Assembly (NCBI GenBank): GCA_021813405.1
Contig: JAKAKS010000038.1
Location: 42,630-106,629, forward strand
Length of the DNA stretch: 64,000 nucleotides
Direction of reading: 5' to 3'
Origin: Nitrospirota bacterium
GTDB lineage: Bacteria; Nitrospirota; Thermodesulfovibrionia; Thermodesulfovibrionales; JdFR-88
The position numbers and the translations under genes are program-made. The stretch's first letter is position 1. Each line of letters starts with the position of its first letter. Positions 55,256 to 62,785 of the stretch are shown here, in pieces. The notes under the pieces were generated by a model that was given only the letters and a program-made list of their open reading frames with translations, was not told the DNA's origin and ran no database searches.

Positions 55256-57022
55256 TTATACCGGCTCTATCCGCTTTAGTACCTGTTTTTCATACGCCGC
55301 AAGCACGTCCCTGCGGCTTAGCATCCCAAGTACCCTGCCCGGGTCCGCCGGGTCCACAACGGGGATGCTGCCAAGGTCCTTCAGGGAGAACTTCTCGATT
55401 ATCCTGTTCAGGTCCTCATCCGGCAGCGCCATTATTATATCCCTGGTTGCCACATCGCGGGCTTTTGTGCTGCCTTTCAGTTCCTCATCAAACACAAGGT
55501 CCGTAAGGTCCTTAAGCGATATAATCCCGGTCATCCTGCCACCAGGCCCGGTAAGCGGCACATCCCATGTATTATTGCGCACCATGGTCGCCATCAGTTC
55601 GCCAGCCGGTGTGTTTTCCGGGAAACTGAGGAACCTTGTTCTCATTACGTCACCGGCCCTGATGCTGTTCATGATGGCGGCCTCTTTGCCCATATGTATC
55701 CGTACCCCGCGCTGCCGCAATTCATATGTGTCTATCGAGTTTGCTTCAAGCCGTTTGGAAACCAGCGTGGCGATAATGGCGGCCGTCATAAGAGGGATTA
55801 TCAGCCTGTAATCCCCAGTCATCTCGAATATAAGAAATATGCCTGTCATTGGCGCGTGCGTTGCGGCGGCAAGAAACGCCCCGATGCCAACTGTTGCGTA
55901 AGCGCCGGGGCTTATGCCTGGCAGCGCCAGCCCCGCAAGGCGGCCATAGCTGCCGCCTAGCATGGCCCCAATGAACAGGGCCGGGGCAAATACGCCGCCT
56001 GCCCCGCCGGAGCCTAACGTTATGGACGTAGCCGCTATCTTGGCAAGGATGAGCACGGCCATGGCGCCCCAGATGATCTTTCCGGACAGGCAGTCCTGTA
56101 TAGAGTCGTACCCGTTGCCCATTACCCTTGGCAAAAGTATGCCAAGCGCTCCCACTAAAAGCGCCCCCAGTATGGGCTTAAGCTGTTTATTGACGCCAAT
56201 CCGGTCAAAGGCAGAGCGCGCCCCGTGAAACACCCTTATGTAAACCACTGCCAGCACGCCCGCTATCGCCCCCAGGTTGGCGTATAACGGTATCTCGGCA
56301 AATGAAACCCATACGGGCCGTGCAATATCGAGTTGCGCGATTGCAAAGGCGGGGTGTGTTCCGTACACAGCCCTTGAAACTGCGGTGGCCAGGCCGGAGG
56401 CTATTATAGTGGCTGCAAACGAGGAGACCTCGTAGTTGCCCACCAGCACAATCTCATTGGCAAACATTACGCCTGCAATCGGAGCATTGAATGTGGCTGC
56501 TATGGCCCCAGCGGAGCCTGCGGCAACAAGCAGCCGCATCCTTTCCCTGGAGGCGCCGAATATCCTGCCTATGGCGGAGCCGGCCGTGCCGCCAAGAATT
56601 GCAACCGGGCCTTCCACACCGGCTGAGCCGCCGGAACCGATAGTGAGCGCCGGGGCTATGATCTTGAGGAAAAGATTCCTGAGCTTCAGCTTTGCATTGT
56701 GGACGTTTACAGCCTCCAGAAAACCCGGGAAGCCGTATCCGTTTACGTCCTTGCCGAACTTTAGCGACAGGGGTATCAGCAAAACGGCGCCTGCCATCGG
56801 CAGAAGGGGGATCAAAAGCATGCGCCACCCCCCTTTTTCAATCCCCAGCAGCGCCCATCCGCCCAGGAATATTACGTTGTGTACATAATTCAGGGTGGAG
56901 CGGAAGGCCACATCCAGGCCCCCGGCCAGAAGGCCAATCACTACAGCCTGAATCAGCAGGGGTGTCTGCCCGGAGAGGTCAAATCTTTTTAACAGGGCGG
57001 TTATGTCTCTTTTTGCGGCCAT
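55256..57022 (-). CDS. ClC-family chloride channel/transporter with two C-terminal CBS domains
   Basis: Selectivity-filter-type motifs GSGGSAGVEGP (contains the gating Glu) and GGAGGVFAPALF, followed by two CBS repeats. Confidence 0.85.
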   Translation of the reverse strand: MAAKRDITALLKRFDLSGQTPLLIQAVVIGLLAGGLDVAFRSTLNYVHNVIFLGGWALLGIEKGGWRMLLIPLLPMAGAVLLIPLSLKFGKDVNGYGFPGFLEAVNVHNAKLKLRNLFLKIIAPALTIGSGGSAGVEGPVAILGGTAGSAIGRIFGASRERMRLLVAAGSAGAIAATFNAPIAGVMFANEIVLVGNYEVSSFAATIIASGLATAVSRAVYGTHPAFAIAQLDIARPVWVSFAEIPLYANLGAIAGVLAVVYIRVFHGARSAFDRIGVNKQLKPILGALLVGALGILLPRVMGNGYDSIQDCLSGKIIWGAMAVLILAKIAATSITLGSGGAGGVFAPALFIGAMLGGSYGRLAGLALPGISPGAYATVGIGAFLAAATHAPMTGIFLIFEMTGDYRLIIPLMTAAIIATLVSKRLEANSIDTYELRQRGVRIHMGKEAAIMNSIRAGDVMRTRFLSFPENTPAGELMATMVRNNTWDVPLTGPGGRMTGIISLKDLTDLVFDEELKGSTKARDVATRDIIMALPDEDLNRIIEKFSLKDLGSIPVVDPADPGRVLGMLSRRDVLAAYEKQVLKRIEPV

Positions 57023-57075
57023 TTTTGTTTTTTATCATAACGCATCGGAGGAGACTGCGGCGGACTTAAATGATA

Positions 57076-57113
57076 CTGACCGGCCGGAAGTTTTTTATCT
57101 TCCGGCCGGTCAG
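57076..57113 (-). terminator. Perfect 15-bp hairpin between pal and the ClC gene
   Basis: CTGACCGGCCGGAAG-ttttttat-CTTCCGGCCGGTCAG. The downstream U-tract on the minus strand is weak (TATCATTT). Confidence 0.4.
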
Positions 57114-57121
57114 TTGCAGCG

Positions 57122-57658
57122 CTAAAACGACAGTACGAAATGGTCCCGTCTGTTTTTGGCCCAGCATGCCTCTGTCTTTTCTTTGCACACGGGTTTCTCA
57201 GAGCCGAAGCTGACCGTGGATATCCTGGCCGCGCTTACGCCCAGCGCCTCCAGGTATTTTTTTGCCGCGCTGGCCCTTCTGTCACCAAGCGCCAGGTTGT
57301 ACTCTGCTGTGCCTCTTTCGTCGCAGTTGCCCTGGATGGCCACTTTCAGTTTCTGGTCCTTAAGAAGCACGGCGGAGAGGGCCTTCAGCGCCTGTTTGGA
57401 GGCGGGCTTCAGATCGTATTTGTCGAAATCAAAGAATACGTCCTGTGCCTGCGCCTGAACCGACTTCAGCTGGCCGGCTGCGCCCGCGCTGCCGGAGGAC
57501 GTGGCCGTGCCGGAGGGGCCTCCGTTTCCGGTCGCCGGCGTTATGGCCTTTGCCGGAGGCGTTACCTCATTGGCCAATCCTCCTGTGCTGGCAACCTGCT
57601 TGTGGGCGCATCCCGCAGTAAACAATAAAGCCGCAAAAATAATTGCTATCTTCCTCAT
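57122..57658 (-). CDS. pal: Peptidoglycan-associated lipoprotein (OmpA-family)
   Basis: Lipobox LLFTAGC. OmpA-like domain ..VFFDFDKYDLKP..IQGNCDERGTAEYNLALGDRRA.. Confidence 0.85.
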   Translation of the reverse strand: MRKIAIIFAALLFTAGCAHKQVASTGGLANEVTPPAKAITPATGNGGPSGTATSSGSAGAAGQLKSVQAQAQDVFFDFDKYDLKPASKQALKALSAVLLKDQKLKVAIQGNCDERGTAEYNLALGDRRASAAKKYLEALGVSAARISTVSFGSEKPVCKEKTEACWAKNRRDHFVLSF

Positions 57659-57710
57659 GTATTCCCCTTTCGGAATTGGATTTTTTTATTTCGGTATTTG
57701 TGTTTGGATA

Positions 57711-58130
57711 TCAGAAAGAAACGGAAACGGGCGGAGAAAGACCGGAGCACAAAAATTTAAAACCTGTTTTGGCCTTGCTCCTTTGAAGGGGATCAGGCAG
57801 CTGGCCGGCTGAAATCCAGATGAGCATGCCAAGAAGAACAAACAGGACGGCCTCCGGCCTGTACAATAACATCTCTATCAGCGCACGCGTCTTCATGATA
57901 AGGATGCCTGATTCCGCTTTGCTTGACATGTGATGGGAAAGTTTTTTAGCTATCAGGTCGCCAACCAGCAGGTGGATGCTGTTATTCAAGGCGTCAGTGC
58001 CGGCTGCCGTTTTATTGATCTTGTCCTGGCCGATGTACAGGGAAATCGGGCTGGCGGTATAGCTGGCAAAAAACAATATGAACACGGACACTATGGACTT
58101 TTTAATCAACTGGTTCAATATGCTCTTCAT
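57711..58130 (-). CDS. Hypothetical membrane protein
   Basis: ATG 58130 is preceded by GGAGAAA. There are two hydrophobic segments (SIVSVFILFFASYTA and AVLFVLLGMLIWISAG). No family recognised. G+C is lower than in the flanking genes. Confidence 0.4.
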   Translation of the reverse strand: MKSILNQLIKKSIVSVFILFFASYTASPISLYIGQDKINKTAAGTDALNNSIHLLVGDLIAKKLSHHMSSKAESGILIMKTRALIEMLLYRPEAVLFVLLGMLIWISAGQLPDPLQRSKAKTGFKFLCSGLSPPVSVSF

Positions 58131-58205
58131 TTTCTCCAAAATAACCTGAGCTATAAATCTACAATTACCGGCGCGGGGCTGTCAATCGGTTGTTTGCTGT
58201 TATTA

Positions 58206-58235
58206 TTGACATCCCCTCCGGGGGTGACATATACT
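58206..58235 (+). promoter_or_regulatory. Putative sigma-70 promoter of the thi operon
   Basis: TTGACA (58206-58211), 18-nt spacer, TATACT (58230-58235). It lies just upstream of the riboswitch P1 stem. Confidence 0.4.
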
Positions 58236-58243
58236 CTTAATGA

Positions 58244-58335
58244 CCCTTGGGGGAGGCATTTGTGCCTGAGACTTCAATAAAATTTGGAGAACCCCTGGAA
58301 CCTGATGCGGGCAATTCCGCCGTAGGAAAAGGGAG
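58244..58335 (+). promoter_or_regulatory. TPP (THI-box) riboswitch
   Basis: CCCTTGGGGGAGGCATTTGTGCCTGAGA...ACCCCTGGAACCTGATGCGGGCAATTCCGCCGTAGGAAAAGGG. It carries the conserved CUGAGA and ACCUGAU..GCG..AGGGA-type elements, with a P1 stem CCCTT/AAGGG. It sits directly upstream of thiS. Confidence 0.85.
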
Positions 58336-58352
58336 ACGGACAAAAAAAGGTT

Positions 58353-58389
58353 CCCGGAAAGCCCGCGGTTTTCCGGGTTTTTTATTTTT
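58353..58389 (+). terminator. Intrinsic terminator (riboswitch expression platform)
   Basis: CCCGGAAA-gcccgcggt-TTTCCGGG followed by TTTTTTTATTTTT, running right up to the thiS ATG at 58390. Confidence 0.75.
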
Positions 58390-58587
58390 ATGAAATTAAC
58401 GGTAAACGGTGAGGAAATCGACAGCCGGGCCAAAACGGTGCAGGAACTGCTACTGGAACTTGGGATAAAGCCCGGCGCCGTGGCGGTCGAAGTGAACCTG
58501 AAGGTCATAAAGCGGGCCGAGCACCCGGTTTATCCGCTTTCTGAAAGGGACACAGTGGAGATAGTAAGCTTTGTTGGAGGAGGCTAA
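58390..58587 (+). CDS. thiS: Sulfur carrier protein ThiS
   Basis: 65 aa, [10 protein letters not shown].., with a C-terminal ..FVGGG (Gly-Gly end). Confidence 0.85.
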   Translation: MKLTVNGEEIDSRAKTVQELLLELGIKPGAVAVEVNLKVIKRAEHPVYPLSERDTVEIVSFVGGG

Positions 58588-58591
58588 GAAG

Positions 58592-59368
58592 ATGAAAAAC
58601 AGAGAGAAACTTATAGTGGGCGGGGTGGAGTTCACGTCGCGCCTCTGGGTTGGCACCGGCAAGTATAGGACCAACGAAGAGATGGCTGCCGCGCTGGAGG
58701 CGTCCGGCACGGAGATGGTAACGGTTGCGGTAAGAAGAGTGGACCTGAAACGCGGCTCCGGCGGCCTTCTGGACTATATCGACACTAAACGCTACCGCAT
58801 ACTGCCAAACACGGCCGGATGCTATTCGGTGGAGGATGCCCTCCGGTATGCGCGCCTTGGGCGCGAGGCCGGGCTGTCGGATTTCATAAAGCTGGAAGTC
58901 ATAGGAGACGAAAGGACGCTGTTCCCCGACGTAATGGGGCTTTTAACAGCCACCGAGATACTGGCCAAGGAGGGGTTCATAGTCCTTCCATATACAAACG
59001 ACGACCCGATAATGGCAAAAAGGCTTATGGACGCCGGGGCCGCCTGCGTAATGCCGCTGGGCGCGCCGATAGGCTCCGGCCTTGGGATAAGAAACCCCTA
59101 CAATATAAAAATAATACTGGAGACGGTGGATGCAACGGTGGTTGTGGACGCCGGCGTGGGAACGGCATCAGATGCGGCGCTGGCAATGGAACTGGGGTGT
59201 GACGCCGTTTTGATAAACACCGGCATAGCGGGCGCGGAGGATGCCGTGTCCATGGCGGCCGCCATGAAGCACGCCGTTATGGCGGGCAGGCTGGCCTATC
59301 AGGCCGGGCGTATCTCCAAAAAACTGTACGCAACCGCAAGCAGCCCCCTTGAAGGGATGCTTCTTTAA
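58592..59368 (+). CDS. thiG: Thiazole synthase
   Basis: ..[49 protein letters not shown].. ATG 58592 is preceded by GGAGGAGG, which lies within the thiS 3' end. Confidence 0.9.
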   Translation: MKNREKLIVGGVEFTSRLWVGTGKYRTNEEMAAALEASGTEMVTVAVRRVDLKRGSGGLLDYIDTKRYRILPNTAGCYSVEDALRYARLGREAGLSDFIKLEVIGDERTLFPDVMGLLTATEILAKEGFIVLPYTNDDPIMAKRLMDAGAACVMPLGAPIGSGLGIRNPYNIKIILETVDATVVVDAGVGTASDAALAMELGCDAVLINTGIAGAEDAVSMAAAMKHAVMAGRLAYQAGRISKKLYATASSPLEGMLL

Positions 59369-59393
59369 TAAGTGAGGAAGTACATCCGAGGTT

Positions 59394-59466
59394 GTCATTC
59401 CCGCAAGCAAAGCGCGCCGGGAATCATCCTTGTTTTAAAGAAGGATTCCGGACAAGCCGGAATGAC
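59394..59466. repeat. Nested inverted-repeat element (ATTCC/GGAAT family) between thiG and thiE
   Basis: Outer inverted repeat GTCATTCC (59394) with GGAATGAC (59459). Internal hairpins: ATTCCCGC..GCCGGGAAT, ATCCTT..AAGGAT, and ATTCCGG-acaag-CCGGAAT. Confidence 0.5.
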
Positions 59467-59474
59467 GAAGGGAA

Positions 59475-60101
59475 ATGAGGCCTGATTTCAGGCTATACCT
59501 GATTACGGATTCCGGGCTTGTTCCGGATTTGGCACAGGCGGTTGAGAGGGCGCTATCTGGCGCTGGGGCAAAGGCCCCGCTTATGGCCGTGCAGCTCCGG
59601 GAGAAAAGCATGCCGGCAAGAAAGCTGCTGGATACCGCCAAACAGTTACGGGAAGTAACCGCCGGGCATGGGGCGCGGCTATTCGTAAACGACAGGGTCG
59701 ATGTCGCGATGATGTCCGGGGCTGACGGTGTTCACCTGGGGGTAAACAGCATGCCCGCGGATGCCGTAAGACGGGTAGGCGGTGACAATATGATGATAGG
59801 CGTTTCAACGCACAGTATGGAGGAGGCCAGGGCCGCCCGGGCGCTTGGGGCCGATTTCATTACCTTCGGGCCGGTCTTTGCCACGCCTTCCAAACTGCGC
59901 TACGGCAACCCGGTTGGGACGGAGCTGCTTTCGGATGTTGCTAAGGGTATTGATGTCCCCGTTTTCGCCCTGGGCGGGATAGACGGGGCCAATATAAATG
60001 AAGTGATGCGGCGTGGCGCTGAAGGTATTGCGCTTATACGGGCGGTTTTTGGCGCGCGCGATATTGAAGCCGCTGTAAAAACAATAATGGAGAGGTTTTA
60101 A
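59475..60101 (+). CDS. thiE: Thiamine-phosphate synthase
   Basis: ..LYLITD..VQLREK..LFVNDRVDVA..GADGVHLG..GVSTHS..GADFITFGPVF.T.SK.. Confidence 0.85.
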   Translation: MRPDFRLYLITDSGLVPDLAQAVERALSGAGAKAPLMAVQLREKSMPARKLLDTAKQLREVTAGHGARLFVNDRVDVAMMSGADGVHLGVNSMPADAVRRVGGDNMMIGVSTHSMEEARAARALGADFITFGPVFATPSKLRYGNPVGTELLSDVAKGIDVPVFALGGIDGANINEVMRRGAEGIALIRAVFGARDIEAAVKTIMERF

Positions 60102-60103
60102 AT

Positions 60104-61420
60104 ATGACCAGAATAGAGCTTGCCAGGGCCGGGATTATCTCGGACGAGGTGCGTGAATGTGCCATGCTTGAAGGTGTGGACCCGGAAGTGCTTGCGCAGG
60201 ACATCGCCAATGGGGTTTCCGTTATAGCAAGGAATGCCGCCAGAAATGGCAAAGTGCCGCCGCTTGCGATTGGCAGGGGCCTGCGCACGAAGATAAACGC
60301 AAACATCGGCACGTCCAGGGACAGGGACTCGCTTGAAGAGGAGAAGAAGAAGCTGGATGTTCTGCTTCAGTACGGGGCCGATGCGGTGATGGACCTCTCC
60401 ACCGGCGGAAGGATACGGGAGCTGCGCCGGATGATAATAGACGATTACCCGTTCTCCTTCGGAACGGTGCCAATATACGAGGCTGCTGTGCGGGCCGCCG
60501 GGCAAAAAGGCAAGCTTACCGCCATGGACGCGGACGGTCTTTTTGAAGTGATCGAGCAGCACGCAAAAGACGGGGTGGACTTTGTGACCGTGCATTCCGG
60601 CATTACATTAAAAGCGGTGGAGCGGCTGCGGAGCGAGGGCCGCACCCTGGACGTGGTAAGCCGCGGCGGCTCTTTTCTGCTGGAGTGGATGCTCCTTAAA
60701 AACAGGGAGAACCCGCTTTACGAGCAGTACGACAGGCTGCTTGAGCTGTCCAAAAAATACGATTTAACCTTAAGCCTTGGAGACGCCATGCGCCCCGGGT
60801 GCCTTGAAGACGCAACGGACAGGGCGCAGCTGGAAGAGCTGCTTACGCTTGGGGAACTGCGGGACAGGGCGCTTGAGGCCGGCGTGCAGACGATAATCGA
60901 GGGGCCGGGGCATGTGCCCCTGAACCAGGTGGAACTGAATATAAAGATACAGAAGGAGATTTGCAAGGGCGCTCCATTCTATGTGCTTGGGCCGCTTGTA
61001 ACCGATATAGCCGTGGGGTACGACCATATCGCAGGCGCGATAGGCGGGGCCATTGCCGGGGCGGCCGGGGCTGATTTCCTGTGCTATCTTACCCCCTCGG
61101 AACATATAAGGCTTCCCGACCTGGAAGACGTAAAGGAGGGGCTTATCGCCTCAAAGATTGCGGCCCATGCGGCGGACCTGGCCAAAGGAATAAAAATCTC
61201 CATGGAGAAGGACGCAAAGATGGCCAGGATGAGAAAGGCCCTGGATTGGGAGGGCATGATACAGATGAGCTTCAACCCTGAAAAGGTGCGGCGTTACAGG
61301 GAGCAGACCCCGCCATCCGAGGCGCAGGTGTGCAGCATGTGCGGCGAGTTCTGCGCGATAAAGACGGTTGAGAGGGCGCTTAAGGGAAAAGCCGGGGGCC
61401 AATCACGCCTTCTTAGTTAG
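60104..61420 (+). CDS. thiC: Phosphomethylpyrimidine synthase
   Basis: ..TKINANIGTS..GADAVMDLSTGG..VPIYEA..DFVTVHSG..VSRGGS..EGPGHVP..LGPLVTDIA.GYDHI.. and the C-terminal CSMCGEFCA cluster motif. Confidence 0.9.
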   Translation: MTRIELARAGIISDEVRECAMLEGVDPEVLAQDIANGVSVIARNAARNGKVPPLAIGRGLRTKINANIGTSRDRDSLEEEKKKLDVLLQYGADAVMDLSTGGRIRELRRMIIDDYPFSFGTVPIYEAAVRAAGQKGKLTAMDADGLFEVIEQHAKDGVDFVTVHSGITLKAVERLRSEGRTLDVVSRGGSFLLEWMLLKNRENPLYEQYDRLLELSKKYDLTLSLGDAMRPGCLEDATDRAQLEELLTLGELRDRALEAGVQTIIEGPGHVPLNQVELNIKIQKEICKGAPFYVLGPLVTDIAVGYDHIAGAIGGAIAGAAGADFLCYLTPSEHIRLPDLEDVKEGLIASKIAAHAADLAKGIKISMEKDAKMARMRKALDWEGMIQMSFNPEKVRRYREQTPPSEAQVCSMCGEFCAIKTVERALKGKAGGQSRLLS

Positions 61421-61458
61421 AGGGATCGAGACATGATCGGCCATCAGGAGGGGAACTC

Positions 61459-62328
61459 ATGAAAAAAGGTTGGCAGCCTGTCAGCGCGTCCGTCACGATA
61501 CTTGTGGACAACACCATTATGGAGCTGGTATCCGGAAGCTCATTTATTGCCAGGTTATCAAAACCCGGGAACAGTTTTCTGGCCGAGCACGGGTTCTCCG
61601 CTTTGATTGAGTGTGGGGGCAAAAAAATACTCCTGGACACGGGCGCTACAGGAGTTGCGGTGCTTCACAACCTGAAACTCATCGGGCTCCGGCCAGAAGA
61701 TATCGACATGGTAGTGCTCTCCCATGGGCATAACGACCACACCGGCGGGCTGAATCTTTTCCACGGAAAAATAATCGCGCATCCGGACGCATTCGTTAAA
61801 AGGTATCTGGTTACCGCCGCCGGCGCCAGTTTCGATCTTACATGCCCCGTTCAGAAAAATCTAAAAGACAGGGCGCAGTTTGAAAAAGGCCCGGTGATGC
61901 TTGCCCCCGGCATCTGGACAACAGGCGAGATTGAAAGGACGCATAAATGGGAGGAATTGGATTTATTCAGGATAAGAAGAGAAAACGATATGGAATATGA
62001 CAGCATCAGGGACGATCAGGCGGTAGTCATCAGTTCCGGAAGCGGGCTTGCCATTATCGCCGGGTGCAGCCACGCTGGCATCATTAACACAATTGAACAG
62101 GCCATCAAAATTTCTGGAATAAACGAAGTGTACTGCGTTATCGGCGGCTTCCACCTTATAGGCCCCGGCGAAAACAAAATTGAAAGGACAATCGCGGAGC
62201 TGAAGAGGTTAAAAGTTAAAAAGATCGTACCCATCCACTGCACAGGCTTTGAGGGCATAAAAAGATTGTCAACCGAAATGCCCCGGGAATTTGAGTATGC
62301 CACGGCAGGGTGCAAAATAAGTTTATAA
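61459..62328 (+). CDS. MBL-fold metallo-hydrolase family protein
   Basis: ..HGFSALIECGGKKILLDTGATG..VLSHGHNDHTGG (HxHxDH motif)..GCSHAGI..PIHCTG. AGGAGGGG precedes the ATG, and the gene is 38 nt downstream of thiC on the same strand. Confidence 0.75.
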   Translation: MKKGWQPVSASVTILVDNTIMELVSGSSFIARLSKPGNSFLAEHGFSALIECGGKKILLDTGATGVAVLHNLKLIGLRPEDIDMVVLSHGHNDHTGGLNLFHGKIIAHPDAFVKRYLVTAAGASFDLTCPVQKNLKDRAQFEKGPVMLAPGIWTTGEIERTHKWEELDLFRIRRENDMEYDSIRDDQAVVISSGSGLAIIAGCSHAGIINTIEQAIKISGINEVYCVIGGFHLIGPGENKIERTIAELKRLKVKKIVPIHCTGFEGIKRLSTEMPREFEYATAGCKISL

Positions 62329-62396
62329 CGGCGTCATTGCGGCAAGCACAATTCAGGTTTTAAGTCTTTGCTTTGCAAGGTTCACACCGTACAAGC

Positions 62397-62423
62397 AAAA
62401 CCGGCAGATGTTCAGCCGGTTTT
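62397..62423 (+). terminator. Putative terminator after the MBL-fold gene
   Basis: AAAACCGGC-agatgttca-GCCGGTTTT. The symmetric A/T flanks mean it could act bidirectionally. Confidence 0.45.
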
Positions 62424-62785
62424 ACCCTGGCCTGCGGATTTGAATTTTGGGTTTGAAAAATCCACAGGCAGTGCTTAAAGCTCTTTTAAAAAGATATCGG
62501 GAACTCGGGAAAGATGCGGCCCGGGATAACACCGGAACGGAAAATGGTGAGATCGCAGTTCTGCGCTCGCAATTACATCAAAAAAGCCCGTAAAAACAGG
62601 CAATTATGTTGTTCCATCACTTTTTCCCGCCGGGGAATAAAAATCCTTTAAAATCAAATGCTTGGAAGGATAAGCCGGTTGGAAAGGTGGAGCAAATGGA
62701 ACAAGGAATTGAAGCCAGGCGCCTGTAAATACAAAAAAATACGGAAATGGCTGGAACATATAAAAAGAAAAGGAGATGAATACCG

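Noticed and set aside
62329-62785. 456-bp gap after the MBL-fold gene, with the small ORF 62658-62906 (+)
   Set aside because: The ORF overlaps the 3' end of the DUF748 gene and has no ribosome-binding site. Apart from the terminator-like hairpin at 62397-62423, no clear structure or repeat was seen.
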